Numbered from the stretch's first letter, positions 49,858-60,251 are shown. The stretch: DNA of 64,000 bases from an uncultured Alphaproteobacteria bacterium (GCA_945957365.1 CAMFKI010000018.1:4300-68299), one strand, 5' to 3'. Program-made: numbers and translations. Notes: a model not told the origin generated them from the sequence alone.

Positions 49858-50241
49858 ATGAAGCCGATCGACGTCATGTGGGTGTGTCTGGGCGGGGGCA
49901 TCGGTTCCCTGCTGCGCTGGCAGATCGGCCAGTTCATCGATGCGCGCTCGGCCTCGGCCTTCAAGTACAGCACGCTGTTCATCAACATCACAGGTGCCTT
50001 CGTGATCGCCTATCTCTCGGCGGCGCTGGCCATCGGCTGGCACCAGCGCTACGGCGACATGATGTCGTCGCTCGTCCTCACCGGCGTGCTGGGCGGCTAC
50101 ACCACTTTCAGCACCATGCAGCTCGATGCCGTGAAGATGGTGGAGAAGGGCCGCGCCGGGCTGGCGCTGTTCTACCTCGCCGTGTCGGTGGCGGGCGGGC
50201 TCGTCGCCGCGGCGGCGGGCGTTGCCGTGGCAGGGATCTGA
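49858..50241 (+). CDS. crcB: Fluoride channel Fluc/CrcB, subunit 1
   Basis: GGGIGSLLR, INITGAF, TGVLGGYTTFST signature; 127 aa. Confidence 0.88.
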   Translation: MKPIDVMWVCLGGGIGSLLRWQIGQFIDARSASAFKYSTLFINITGAFVIAYLSAALAIGWHQRYGDMMSSLVLTGVLGGYTTFSTMQLDAVKMVEKGRAGLALFYLAVSVAGGLVAAAAGVAVAGI

Positions 50242-50245
50242 CGCC

Positions 50246-50629
50246 ATGTGGGTGAAGGTGATCCTGGTGTTCATGGGCGGCGGACTGGGCGCCGTCACGC
50301 GCGAATTCTGCATGCTGCTGATGGGCCACGACAGTTCCAGCTTCCCGCTCGACATCTTCGTGGCCAACATCCTTGCCTCCTTCGTGCTCGGGCTGGTCTT
50401 CGGCTATCACCGCTCGCGCAATGTCTCGGACGAATTCTCGCTGCTCATCGCCACCGGCTTCACCGGCGGCATGTCGACCTTCTCGAGTTTCGTGTATGGA
50501 GCCTACTCGGAGATGGTCGATCCCGCCAAGCTCGCGGTCTCGATCCTCTACATTGTCTCCAGCCTGGTCATCGGCTTCGCCGCCGCCTGGGCCGGGGTCA
50601 AGTTGACGGCGCGGTCACGGCCGGCCTGA
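50246..50629 (+). CDS. crcB: Fluoride channel Fluc/CrcB, subunit 2
   Basis: GGGLGAVTR, VANILASF, TGFTGGMSTFSSF signature; 127 aa. Confidence 0.88.
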   Translation: MWVKVILVFMGGGLGAVTREFCMLLMGHDSSSFPLDIFVANILASFVLGLVFGYHRSRNVSDEFSLLIATGFTGGMSTFSSFVYGAYSEMVDPAKLAVSILYIVSSLVIGFAAAWAGVKLTARSRPA

Positions 50630-50654
50630 TCCGCCTACCCTTGGGAGTGTTTGC

Positions 50655-51239
50655 ATGATCATCATCGACAGGAAGCTCGGCAATGTCAGCGAACCGCTCT
50701 GGCGCGAGCGCTCGCAGCAGGGCGAGGTCGACCCGCTCATCCTCGAGCAGTGGGAAGCGCCCAAGAGCCGCCTGCGCAAGGCCAGCACGGGTGGCCTCGA
50801 GCTCGCCATCTCGCTGCCGCGCAGCGAGAACCTGCATGACGGCGACGTGCTCTATTATGACGAGGCCCGGAAGTACCTGGTGGTCGCCAAGGTGCCGCTC
50901 AAGGACGTGCTGGTGATCGAACTGGACGGCATCGACAAGCTGCCGCCGGTCGAGATCCTGCGCATCTGCTTCGAGCTGGGCCACGGCCTCGGCAACCAGC
51001 ACTGGCCTGCCGTGATCAAAGGCACCACCGTCTACGTGCCGCTGTCGGTCGACCAGAAGGTCATGGCCTCGGTGATGCGCACCCACGCCTTCGAGCACGT
51101 AAAGTCGCGCTTCGTTCCGGGCGAGGAGGTGGCGGCCAAGCTCACCGCCAAGGAAGTGCGCATCCTTTTCGCCGGTGCCGATGCCACGCCGCATCACCAC
51201 CACGGCGAGGTGCTTCAGCTCAACCTCGCGCGCGACTAG
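50655..51239 (+). CDS. ureE: Urease accessory protein UreE
   Basis: K.RLRK.S..G.EL, LHDGD, ELGHGLGNQHWP, C-terminal HHHH. Confidence 0.93.
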   Translation: MIIIDRKLGNVSEPLWRERSQQGEVDPLILEQWEAPKSRLRKASTGGLELAISLPRSENLHDGDVLYYDEARKYLVVAKVPLKDVLVIELDGIDKLPPVEILRICFELGHGLGNQHWPAVIKGTTVYVPLSVDQKVMASVMRTHAFEHVKSRFVPGEEVAAKLTAKEVRILFAGADATPHHHHGEVLQLNLARD

Positions 51240-51246
51240 GCAACCG

Positions 51247-51969
51247 ATGGACCAGCCCCGCCGAGACGAAGGCACCGCCGCGCACGAGATGGTGCATCTG
51301 GCGCGGCTGATGCAGTTCGCGGATTCGACCCTTCCGGTGGGCGCCTTCGCCTTCTCCAACGGCCTGGAATCGGCGCTGCAGACGCAGGTGGTCAGCAATC
51401 CCGCCTCGCTGCTCGAATACGTGACATTGATGACTAGGCAGGCGGCGCGCATGGACGGCATCGCGCTGCTCCATGCCCACCGGGCGGCGGTGGCCGGGGA
51501 CTTTGCCGCGATCGTCATGGCCGACCATGAGCTGGCCTGCCGCCGGGTGGGCGAAGAGCAGCAGCAGATGACGCTGCGCATGGGCAAGAAATTCGCCGAA
51601 CTGGCGCTGAAGATCAGCGACTTCCCCGATCTCGGGCGCTGGCTGGCGGCGATCCGGGCGGAGGAGACGCCGGGCTGCCTCGCGGTGGGCCAGGCCATCG
51701 CCTTCGCCCAGCTCGGCGCGGACGAGGGCGAGGCCTTCGTCGTGCACCAGTACGGCATCGCCTCGATGATCCTGAGCGCCGCGCTGCGACTGATGCGCAT
51801 CGACCATCTCGATACCCAACGCATCCTGTTCACCGTGCTGAAGCGGGTGCAGGAGGATTATCAATCGATCCGCGGCCTGTCGCTCGAGGAGATGAGCACC
51901 TTCGCTCCGGTCTTCGACGTGCTCGTCGCGCACCACACCACCACCCACGTCAGACTGTTCATGAACTGA
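51247..51969 (+). CDS. ureF: Urease accessory protein UreF
   Basis: QFADSTLPVGAFAFSNGLE, C-terminal HVRLFMN. Confidence 0.94.
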   Translation: MDQPRRDEGTAAHEMVHLARLMQFADSTLPVGAFAFSNGLESALQTQVVSNPASLLEYVTLMTRQAARMDGIALLHAHRAAVAGDFAAIVMADHELACRRVGEEQQQMTLRMGKKFAELALKISDFPDLGRWLAAIRAEETPGCLAVGQAIAFAQLGADEGEAFVVHQYGIASMILSAALRLMRIDHLDTQRILFTVLKRVQEDYQSIRGLSLEEMSTFAPVFDVLVAHHTTTHVRLFMN

Positions 51970-51990
51970 CGAGCAGGAGAGGCATACGAC

Positions 51991-52638
51991 ATGAAGAAGA
52001 TCACGCGCATCGGCATCGGCGGCCCGGTCGGCTCCGGCAAGACCGCGGTCATCGAAACCATCACGCCGCGCCTCATCGACATGGGGCTGAAGCCGCTGAT
52101 CATCACCAATGACGTGGTGACGACGGAGGACGCCAAGCAGGTGCGCCGCACCCTCAAGGGCATCCTCGTCGAGGAGAAGATCGTCGGCGTGGAGACCGGC
52201 GCGTGCCCGCACACCGCGGTGCGCGAGGATCCGTCGATGAACATCGCGGCGGTCGAGGAGCTCGAGGAGAAATATCCCGACAGCGACGTCATCCTGATCG
52301 AGTCGGGCGGCGACAACCTCACGCTCACCTTCAGCCCCGCGCTGGCGGACTTCTACATCTACGTCATCGACGTGGCGGCGGGCGACAAGATCCCGCGCAA
52401 GAACGGCGCCGGCGTGTGCCAGTCGGACATCCTGGTCATCAACAAGAAGGATCTCGCGCCCTATGTCGGCGCGAGCCTCGAAGTCATGGACCGTGACTCG
52501 AAGCTGATGCGCGGCAAGAAGCCCTTCGTCTTCACCAACTGCAAGACCGGCGAGGGCATCGACGCGCTGATCGCGCTCATCATGGACATGGCGCTGTTCG
52601 ACGTGCACCCGACGCAGCCGGTCAAGGCCGCCGAGTAG
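51991..52638 (+). CDS. ureG: Urease accessory GTPase UreG
   Basis: [32 protein letters not shown]. Confidence 0.97.
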   Translation: MKKITRIGIGGPVGSGKTAVIETITPRLIDMGLKPLIITNDVVTTEDAKQVRRTLKGILVEEKIVGVETGACPHTAVREDPSMNIAAVEELEEKYPDSDVILIESGGDNLTLTFSPALADFYIYVIDVAAGDKIPRKNGAGVCQSDILVINKKDLAPYVGASLEVMDRDSKLMRGKKPFVFTNCKTGEGIDALIALIMDMALFDVHPTQPVKAAE

Positions 52639-52641
52639 CCC

Positions 52642-53577
52642 ATGGGCCTGCACGAGCAGCTGCAGCGACTCGACGAGGCCAGGGAGCTTCGCGGCTTCCA
52701 GACCGAGCCCGCGCAGATGCGCGCCGCCGGCCCCGGCAAGATCGGCGAGCTGCGTCTCGGCTTCGCGCTGCGCGACGGGCGCTCGGTGCTGCACGATCTC
52801 TACCGGGTGGCGCCGCTGCTGGTGCAACGTGCCCTGTACTGGGACGAGGCCATGCCGGAACTGCCGATCTGCGCCATCATCTCGGTGGGCGGCGGCATCC
52901 TGCAGGGCGACCGCTATAAGATCGACATCGCGGTGGAGGAGGGCGCCTGCGCCCTGGTCAACACCCAGAGCGCCAACCGCGTGCACCAGATGGATGCGAA
53001 CTACGCCTCGCAGCACCAGACGGTGCGGCTGGAGAGCGGCGCCTACCTCGAGTACCTGCCCGACTTCACCATTCCCTATCGCAATTCGCGCTTCATCAAC
53101 CAGACCGACATCGTGCTCGCGCCGGACGCGACGCTGCTCTACGGCGAGATGATGATGACCGGCCGCAAGCACCACCATGCGGAGGAGCGCTTCGGCTTCG
53201 ATCTCCTGTCCATGGCGGTGTCGGTGCGCCGGCCCGACGGAAGGCGCATCTTCGCCGAGAAGCTGCTGATCGAGAAGGCGGACCCTGCCATCGACTTCGC
53301 CGCGGTGATGAAGGGCTATGATGCCTTCGCCAGCATACTGTGCCTGACGCCACCGGAAAACGCCGCGCGCATCAGGTCGCGCTGCGAGACCAATTTCCCG
53401 CCGGGCGGCGGCCGCGCCATTTCAGGTGTGAGCGGCCTGCCCAATGATGCCGGACTGATGCTGCGGGTGGTGGGCGTCGAGAGCTACGACGTGCGGGCCG
53501 AGGTGCGGCGCTTCTGGCAGATCGTGCGGGAAGAAGTGAAGGGCAGGAGCCTGCCACCGGAATTCATCTGGCGCTGA
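52642..53577 (+). CDS. ureD: Urease accessory protein UreD
   Basis: PLLVQRALY, GGGILQGD, TQSANRVH, LEYLPD.TIP. Confidence 0.93.
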   Translation: MGLHEQLQRLDEARELRGFQTEPAQMRAAGPGKIGELRLGFALRDGRSVLHDLYRVAPLLVQRALYWDEAMPELPICAIISVGGGILQGDRYKIDIAVEEGACALVNTQSANRVHQMDANYASQHQTVRLESGAYLEYLPDFTIPYRNSRFINQTDIVLAPDATLLYGEMMMTGRKHHHAEERFGFDLLSMAVSVRRPDGRRIFAEKLLIEKADPAIDFAAVMKGYDAFASILCLTPPENAARIRSRCETNFPPGGGRAISGVSGLPNDAGLMLRVVGVESYDVRAEVRRFWQIVREEVKGRSLPPEFIWR

Positions 53578-53592
53578 CAAGGGGGAAAACCG

Positions 53593-54594
53593 ATGTCCGA
53601 CAAGAACAATAATTTCGTGATCCAGTGCCTGCGCGGAACGAGCCAGGTGTTCTTCATGGAGAACGCCATCACCGGCATCCTGTTCTTCGCCGCCATGGCC
53701 TATGCTTCCTATGTGACCGGCAACTATGCCACGGTGATCGGAGCGGCGATCGGCGTCGTGGTGGCAACCGCGACGGCCCTTCTCCTCGAATGCGATGAGC
53801 CTTCGATCCAGCAGGGTCTCTATGGCTTCAACGGCATCCTGGTCGGCATCGCGCTGCCCACCTTCATCGCCGTCTCGCCGCAGCTCTGGGTGCTGGTGGT
53901 GATCGGCGCCGCGGTCAGCACCGTCGTCACCGCCGCGATGAGCGCCACGATCACCAGTTCATGGGGCATCCCCGGCTCGACGGGGCCCTTCGTGGTCACC
54001 GGCTGGCTTATGGTGGCGGCCGCCTATTGCTTCGGCGGCCTGCATGTCAACGACGCGCCGAAGCTTGCCACCGCCTTCGTCCAGTCCGGCATCGTCATTC
54101 CGGCGCCGGCCGACCTGGTGCAGATCTTCTTCCGCAACATTGGCCAGGTCTATCTACTCGGCAGCGCGGTGAGCGGGGCCCTCATCCTGCTCGGCATCTT
54201 CATCGCCTCGGTGCCGGCCGGCATCGCCACCGCCCTGGGCTCGATCGTCGCCATGATCGTGGCCATCGGCATGGGGGCGGATCCCACGGCCATCAACGAA
54301 GGCCTCTGGGGCTTCAGCCCGGTGCTGACGGCGCTGGCGGTCGGCGTCATCTTCCTCAAGCCGTCGCCCAGGGTTGCCGTCTATGCCCTGATCGCCACGG
54401 TGATGACGGTCTTCGTGCAGGGCGCGCTCGACGTCATCTACCAGCCGTTCGGGCTTCCGTCCTTCACCGCCCCCTATGTGCTGACCATGTTCCTCTTCGT
54501 GGCGCCCAAGAAGCTGCTGGCGCCGCATCCGCACAAGCCGGTGGCAAGCCACCTGGTCACCGACACCGCCCCCAAGAGCGCCGCGGCCAAGTGA
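53593..54594 (+). CDS. Urea transporter (UT/Yut/UreT family)
   Basis: LRGTSQVFF, GLYGFNG and GLWGFSP repeats, STGPFV and FTAPYV selectivity motifs. Confidence 0.92.
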   Translation: MSDKNNNFVIQCLRGTSQVFFMENAITGILFFAAMAYASYVTGNYATVIGAAIGVVVATATALLLECDEPSIQQGLYGFNGILVGIALPTFIAVSPQLWVLVVIGAAVSTVVTAAMSATITSSWGIPGSTGPFVVTGWLMVAAAYCFGGLHVNDAPKLATAFVQSGIVIPAPADLVQIFFRNIGQVYLLGSAVSGALILLGIFIASVPAGIATALGSIVAMIVAIGMGADPTAINEGLWGFSPVLTALAVGVIFLKPSPRVAVYALIATVMTVFVQGALDVIYQPFGLPSFTAPYVLTMFLFVAPKKLLAPHPHKPVASHLVTDTAPKSAAAK

Positions 54595-54740
54595 AGGCCT
54601 GAGCGCAACACCCGCGCCGGCGACGTTCGGCGCGGGTCCCTTGCCGTCCGGATGATGGCGGCGACCGTGTTCCCCTTGCGGGGCGAATGACGTAAAGCGG
54701 TGCCTCCGGCAGCTCACCTGCCGCACCGGCAGGGACGACC

Positions 54741-55985
54741 ATGGACCTCACGATCATCATCTTTCTCCTCGTCTATGTCGCCATGGGCGTCGGTCACCTG
54801 CCGGGCCTGCGCCTCGACCGGACGGGCACCGCCATCGTGGGCGCAATGATCCTGCTGGTGGCCGGCCGCATCACCCCCGCCGCCGCCTGGAACGCCATCG
54901 ACTATCGCTCGATCGGGCTGCTCTTCGGGCTCATGGTGGTCTCGGCGGCCTTCAGCGTGGCGGGCTTCTACGACTGGGTGGCGCAGCGGGTGGGCGCGAT
55001 GGCGGTCGGGCCGAAGGCGCTGCTGGCGGTGATGATCGCGGTGGCGGCGGGCATGGCCGCACTCCTCAACAAGGATGTCGTCGCGGTCGCCATGGCGCCG
55101 GTGTTCTGCTCGATCTGCCTCAACCGCAAGCTCAACCCGCTGCCCTACCTGCTGGCCTTCTGCTTTGCCGCGAACTTCGGTTCCTGCCTCACGCTCATCG
55201 GCAGCCCGCAGAGCATGATCGTGGCGGAAACGCTGCACCTGTCATTCGTCGGCTTCTCGCGCGCTGCGGCACTTCCCGCCCTCGTCGGCCTGCCGGTGAT
55301 CTGGATCGTCCTCGTCTGGTGCTACCGCGGCAACTGGCAGCTTGCGAGCCTTCCGGCGGCGGCGCAGGCGCGTGCCCCGGCAGCGCCGGCGGACGCCTTC
55401 AACCGCGGCGAAACCATCAAGGCGGGCCTCGTCACCTTCGCCGTCGTCGCCGCCTTCACCCTCACCGAGCTTCCGCACATGCTGATCGCGCTGGCCGGCG
55501 CCAGCGTGCTGCTGATCAGCCGGCGCTTCGCGTCGCGCAACATGCTGCACCACGTGGATGGCGACCTGCTGCTGCTGCTGATCGGCCTGTTCATCGTCAA
55601 TGCCGCCATGACCGCCACGGGGCTTCCCGCCCATCTCCTGGAATGGATGCGCGGCTACGGCGTCGACCTCCATGATCCACTGTCGATGCTGGCCATCATG
55701 GCGGTGATCAGCAACGTCATCGGCAATAATCCCGCCGTCATGCTGGTCAATCCCTTCCTCGGCGGGGCCAGCCAGCCCGAGGCGCTGGGTGCCGCCATTG
55801 CGCTCGGCACCGGGCTGTCATCGAGCGCGGTGATCTTCGGCAGCCTCGTCGGCATCATCGTGGCGGAGGAATGCGAGCGGCGCGGCATTCCCTTCAGCTT
55901 CCGCGAATTCGCGCGCTCCGGACTGCCGACCTCGATCGTCGCACTCGGCGTGGCGGCGGCCTGGATCTATCTGATCAGCCACTGA
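54741..55985 (+). CDS. ArsB/NhaD/CitT superfamily (YbiR-like) anion permease
   Basis: LRLDRTG.AIVGA, AIDY..IGLLFG.M, ALLNKD, ANFGS.LT.IGSPQ, SNVIGNNPA. Confidence 0.85.
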   Translation: MDLTIIIFLLVYVAMGVGHLPGLRLDRTGTAIVGAMILLVAGRITPAAAWNAIDYRSIGLLFGLMVVSAAFSVAGFYDWVAQRVGAMAVGPKALLAVMIAVAAGMAALLNKDVVAVAMAPVFCSICLNRKLNPLPYLLAFCFAANFGSCLTLIGSPQSMIVAETLHLSFVGFSRAAALPALVGLPVIWIVLVWCYRGNWQLASLPAAAQARAPAAPADAFNRGETIKAGLVTFAVVAAFTLTELPHMLIALAGASVLLISRRFASRNMLHHVDGDLLLLLIGLFIVNAAMTATGLPAHLLEWMRGYGVDLHDPLSMLAIMAVISNVIGNNPAVMLVNPFLGGASQPEALGAAIALGTGLSSSAVIFGSLVGIIVAEECERRGIPFSFREFARSGLPTSIVALGVAAAWIYLISH

Positions 55986-55989
55986 GCCC

Positions 55990-57300
55990 TCAGGTCTGGG
56001 CCGGCTTTTCACCGGAGCCGAGCAGGCGATAGAGGACCTCGATCACCACCGCAACGGCCACGATGCCGGCGATGGCATAGGCCTGGGACACGGTGGCGGG
56101 GTCGGCCAGGAACTGCCACAGCGTGATCGCCAGCGCCACGATGCACAGCACGGCGGCGATTCCCGGGATGACCGGGTTGGTCCCAGTCTGCGGCGCCAGG
56201 CGCACGGCGGCGATGTTGACCGCCGCATAGACCAGCAGGAAGCCGCCGCTGGTCGCCGAGGACATGGCTTCGATCGAGATGAAATTGACCGCCAGAAGCG
56301 CCAGGATGCCCACCACCAGCAGGCTGATCACCGATTGGCCATGCAGGCTGCGATGGAATGCCGAGGGCAGCTCGCGGATCGTCGCCAGCTGCGGCGGCAG
56401 CTTGGCGGCGCCGAAATAGTCGGCGTTCATGGCGGAGGCCGAGGCCAGCACCGCGCCCACCGCCATCACGCCGAAGCCGAAGGGTCCGAGGAAGCTCCCG
56501 GCCGCCGCCGAGATGGCGAAGTTCTTGGCGCCGATCAGCTCGGTCAGCGGCAGGTGCCCGATGCCGACGATGAAGGCCAGGGCATAGACCACGATGGCGA
56601 TCAGCACGCTGCCGAGAAAGGCAATCGGCAGGGTGCGCTTCGGGTTGACGATCTGGTCCGAGGCGTTGGCGATGAGTTCGAAGCCCTCGTAGGCGAGAAA
56701 GCCGATCATGCCGCTCGCCACGATGGCCGAGGGCGGCGCCCAGGCGGCAGGTGCCAGCCGGCTCCAGTCGAGCCCCGGCAGGGCAAGCCCCGCGACGATG
56801 AACAGCGCCAGCACCGCCAGCTTGCCGACGTTGAAGAAGCTCTCGGACTTCTCCACCAGGGCCGCGCCCGCGAAATTGACGAGGCCGAGAATGACCAGCG
56901 CCGCCGAGGCGATCAGGTGCGAGGCCACGGGCCGCATCGCCTCCGGCAGGTAGGGCAGCGTGTAGCCGGCCAGGGCATAGGCATAGACACTCATGATCGC
57001 CACATAGCTGAGGATCAGCAGGACGTTGATCGCCGCCGCGGCAAGACCCTGGCCGAAGGCCTGGGTGATGAACTTCACCGTGCCGCCGGGCCCCGGATAG
57101 CGCAGCGTGAGGCCGATGTAGGAATAGGCCGTGATGAGGGCGATGGCCCCGCCGATCAGGAAGGCGAGCGGCGTGCCGCCCTTGGCGCCGGCCACGGTGA
57201 TGCCGAAGGCCGCGAAGAAGCCGCCGCCGACGATGCCGCCGACGCCGATCGACAGTGCCCCGAAGGCGCCGATGCCGCCCTGCTTCTTCTCAAGTCCCAT
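55990..57300 (-). CDS. APC-family amino acid permease
   Basis: IGVGGIVGGGFF TM1 motif, FLAYEGFELIAN, SASAMNA; start 57300. Confidence 0.9.
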   Translation of the reverse strand: MGLEKKQGGIGAFGALSIGVGGIVGGGFFAAFGITVAGAKGGTPLAFLIGGAIALITAYSYIGLTLRYPGPGGTVKFITQAFGQGLAAAAINVLLILSYVAIMSVYAYALAGYTLPYLPEAMRPVASHLIASAALVILGLVNFAGAALVEKSESFFNVGKLAVLALFIVAGLALPGLDWSRLAPAAWAPPSAIVASGMIGFLAYEGFELIANASDQIVNPKRTLPIAFLGSVLIAIVVYALAFIVGIGHLPLTELIGAKNFAISAAAGSFLGPFGFGVMAVGAVLASASAMNADYFGAAKLPPQLATIRELPSAFHRSLHGQSVISLLVVGILALLAVNFISIEAMSSATSGGFLLVYAAVNIAAVRLAPQTGTNPVIPGIAAVLCIVALAITLWQFLADPATVSQAYAIAGIVAVAVVIEVLYRLLGSGEKPAQT

Positions 57301-57475
57301 GTTTCCCCCCGCTGCATGGATGGTCTGCCCGGCACGTCCGAACACCGATATTCCCGAGCCGAATTGCGAAAGCAACCGCTAAGCGGCGGTCCTCGCAATT
57401 CCCGCTCCGAAGCTAGGTGCAATGGCCAGCCAAGTACATTCCTGCTGCACCCAAATTGGGCGCAGGCCATCGCCG

Positions 57476-58267
57476 TCAGTGGCGATGCGGATGGGCATGG
57501 GCGACGGGGCGGCCGTCGCTGCCCACATGCCAGTGGCTGCGCAGCAGATGGGTGCGCCGCAGGAGATCGAGGTCATGCAGCACGTCGCGTGTGGGACCGT
57601 CCGCGGCGACGCGGCCCTTTGCGAGGATGACCGTCCGCCGCGTCACCGCTTCGGCCACCTCGAGGTCATGGGTCGCGACGATGATGGTCTTGCCATCGGT
57701 GCGGGCCGAGCACAGCAGGTCCACGAGGATGGTGCGGCTCTCGGGGTCGAGGGCATTGGTGGGTTCGTCGAGCAGCAGCACTTCGGGCTCGGTGATCAAC
57801 GTGGCGGCCAGCGCCACCCGCTTCTTCTCGCCGCCCGACAGCCGGTGTGGCGGACGGCCGCGCAACTCCGTGATGCCGAAGGTCCCCAGGGCCTCGTCCA
57901 CGGCGGCGATGATGCGCGAACGCTCCCAGCCCAGCTGCAGCGGGCCGAAGGCCAGCTCGTCGAACACCGTCCCGTTGAACAGCTGCACGTCGGGGTTCTG
58001 GAACACGAAGCCGACGCGCCGGCGGAAGGCGTGGTTGACGGCCTCATCGGCGAAGGCCTGTTCGGTCAGCGCCTGTCCCGCGGCACTCATGCGTCCGGCG
58101 GTGGGAAAGCTCAGCGCGTCGAGCAGGCGCATCAGCGTCGACTTGCCCGAACCATTGGCGCCGAGCAGCGCGATGCGCTCGCCCGGCGTCACCTTCAGGT
58201 TCACGCCGTCGAGCGCGCGCTGGTCCGCCTCATAGGCGAAGCTCACGTCCGCGAGATCGTAGATCAC
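57476..58267 (-). CDS. nikO: ECF transporter ATPase NikO/CbiO
   Basis: GANGSGKST, VFQNPDVQLF, LSGGEKKR, LLDEPT, ATHD; GTG start overlaps Q-subunit stop; His-rich C-terminus. Confidence 0.9.
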   Translation of the reverse strand: MIYDLADVSFAYEADQRALDGVNLKVTPGERIALLGANGSGKSTLMRLLDALSFPTAGRMSAAGQALTEQAFADEAVNHAFRRRVGFVFQNPDVQLFNGTVFDELAFGPLQLGWERSRIIAAVDEALGTFGITELRGRPPHRLSGGEKKRVALAATLITEPEVLLLDEPTNALDPESRTILVDLLCSARTDGKTIIVATHDLEVAEAVTRRTVILAKGRVAADGPTRDVLHDLDLLRRTHLLRSHWHVGSDGRPVAHAHPHRH

Positions 58268-59130
58268 AGGTGAAGGCCGATCACGGCGGCGAGCAGGGCA
58301 ACGGCACACCCCAGCAGCAGCCAGTCCGCCGGTCGCGACCGCCACGTGGCGAGCGACAGCGACTGACCGCGGTAGCCACGCGCGATCATCGCCTCATGCA
58401 CGTTCTGCCCCATGTCGAGGCTGCGGGTGAACAGCACGCCCGCCGCGGACGCGATCATGCGCCGCCGCGCTGCGCCGGTCATGGGCGCCATGATGCGGCT
58501 GTGGTGGGCCTCCTGCATGTCGGCGGCACTCTGCAGGAAGCTGAAGATGTAGCGCTGCGTCATCGTCAGCATGGCGGTGATCGGGGCAGGGACGCCGAGT
58601 GCCCCCAGCGCCCGGATGACCTGCGGCCACGCGGTGGTGAGCACCAGCAGCAGCGCAAGCCCGGCGGAGGCTTCGGCGCGTCCCACCAGCAGCAGGCCAC
58701 TGCGCAGCCCCGGCTCCGTCACAACCCAGCCGGTAAGCGGCAGCGTGGCGAGGGCGGGGCCCGGCACCAGGAACAGGGCGGGCAGGGCAATGAGCCCGGT
58801 GAAGGCCAGCACCGGCAGCACCGCCTGCAGCGCCATGCGCCGCAGCGGCACGCGCGAGGCGACCGCAAGCACGGCGCCGAGGAGGACGAAGCTCCACACG
58901 CTGGCAAGTTGGTGCGCCCATGCCACCGAGACGATCAGCACCAGCATGGCCGCCGTCTTGAAGCGCGGGTCGCGGCGTTGCAGGTAGCCCGGCTCCGCCG
59001 CGATGTCCTCGGCCTGCAGGGCATAGGCGAGGCGCCTGGCCATGCTCCCGCCAGCCCGCTGGCGGGCGAGTGGAACGCAGTCGCAGGCGCCGAACGTACT
59101 GGCGGACAGGTCCGTCCTTGCCTCAGGCAT
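58264..59130 (-). CDS. nikQ: ECF transporter T component NikQ/CbiQ
   Basis: LQRRDPR.K, MTQRYIF, AMIARGY motifs; start 59130 or 59043. Confidence 0.88.
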   Translation of the reverse strand: MPEARTDLSASTFGACDCVPLARQRAGGSMARRLAYALQAEDIAAEPGYLQRRDPRFKTAAMLVLIVSVAWAHQLASVWSFVLLGAVLAVASRVPLRRMALQAVLPVLAFTGLIALPALFLVPGPALATLPLTGWVVTEPGLRSGLLLVGRAEASAGLALLLVLTTAWPQVIRALGALGVPAPITAMLTMTQRYIFSFLQSAADMQEAHHSRIMAPMTGAARRRMIASAAGVLFTRSLDMGQNVHEAMIARGYRGQSLSLATWRSRPADWLLLGCAVALLAAVIGLHL

Positions 59131-60184
59131 GCTGACCGTTGCGCGGGCGGCCAAGGCTGAACAGGGCACTGAGGGCAAGGTAGGCCAGGATGATGAGCCC
59201 GACTCCCATGAACGCCGACAGCATGTAGCCCAGGGCCTCGCTCTTGAGGAAGGCGGGGGCATAGTCCGGGAACGGGGCTGTCCAAACCGAGGACAGGTGC
59301 TGCAGACCCTGCGGGACAGCGGCCGGCGGGGGTGCATTGAGAGATGCCCCGGCGATCGCGGCGCGCGCCGCCGGATCGGCAAAATCTTCCGCGCCCCACT
59401 CTCCCCAGGCCGTTCCCGCGGCCAAGAGACCGAGCGGGCTTGCGACCATCAGAATGCCGACGATCAGGGCAAGGCCGCGCACGGAGAAGCCGGCGCGCCC
59501 GTCGGCTGGCAGGCGACGTTCGAGAAGGCTTGGATCGGATCGCTGCAGGAAGGCCACGATGCCTGCGGTCAGCAACATCTCCGCCAATCCGGCGAAGGCC
59601 AGGTGGCCGCCGAGCATTGCCGGAACGGCGACGGACAGCGGATAGGGCGCATAGAGCGGGGCTCCCGTCGCGTCGTGGAACAGCATGGGCTGCACGCCGA
59701 ATTCGATCGCCGCCGCCAGCGCCGCGACATTGATGGCAAGATAGCCGGCAATCCCCGCCGCGATCACCCGGCGCCACGAAGTGACGGCCGAGCGGCCGGC
59801 CAGCAGCGTATAGATTCCGTAGGCTGCGAAGGAACCGATGATCGCCATGTTCAGGCTGTTGGCGCCAAACGTGGTGAGGCCGCCGTCACCGAAGAACAGC
59901 GCCTGGATCAGCAGGGCCAGCGAAATCGCCACGATGGCCGCCCAGGGCCCGAGCAGGATGGCGGCGATCCCCATCCCGACGGCATGCCCCGTGGTGCCGC
60001 CCGGCAGCGGCAGGTTGAACATCATGATCACGAAGCAGAAGGCCGAAACCACCGAAACGAGGGGCACAAGCTTGGTGTTGAGGTCGCGCTTCAGCCGCCG
60101 CGTCGCGACGAACCAGAAGGGTAGCGCCACCGCATAGGTGACGGCGCAGGTGCTGGGGGAAAGATACCCGTCCGGAATGTGCAT
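59123..60184 (-). CDS. nikM: ECF nickel transporter S component NikM fused to NikN/PDGLE-like domain
   Basis: N-terminal MHIPDGYL metal-binding motif, GTTGHAVG, QALFFGDGG, then GTAWGEWG and APFPDY. Confidence 0.92.
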   Translation of the reverse strand: MHIPDGYLSPSTCAVTYAVALPFWFVATRRLKRDLNTKLVPLVSVVSAFCFVIMMFNLPLPGGTTGHAVGMGIAAILLGPWAAIVAISLALLIQALFFGDGGLTTFGANSLNMAIIGSFAAYGIYTLLAGRSAVTSWRRVIAAGIAGYLAINVAALAAAIEFGVQPMLFHDATGAPLYAPYPLSVAVPAMLGGHLAFAGLAEMLLTAGIVAFLQRSDPSLLERRLPADGRAGFSVRGLALIVGILMVASPLGLLAAGTAWGEWGAEDFADPAARAAIAGASLNAPPPAAVPQGLQHLSSVWTAPFPDYAPAFLKSEALGYMLSAFMGVGLIILAYLALSALFSLGRPRNGQHA

Positions 60185-60251
60185 CGCCGTCGCCCCTCGA
60201 GTTGCATGACACGCAGGACGCTAGGACAAAGGGCAGACACCGGCAACGAAA

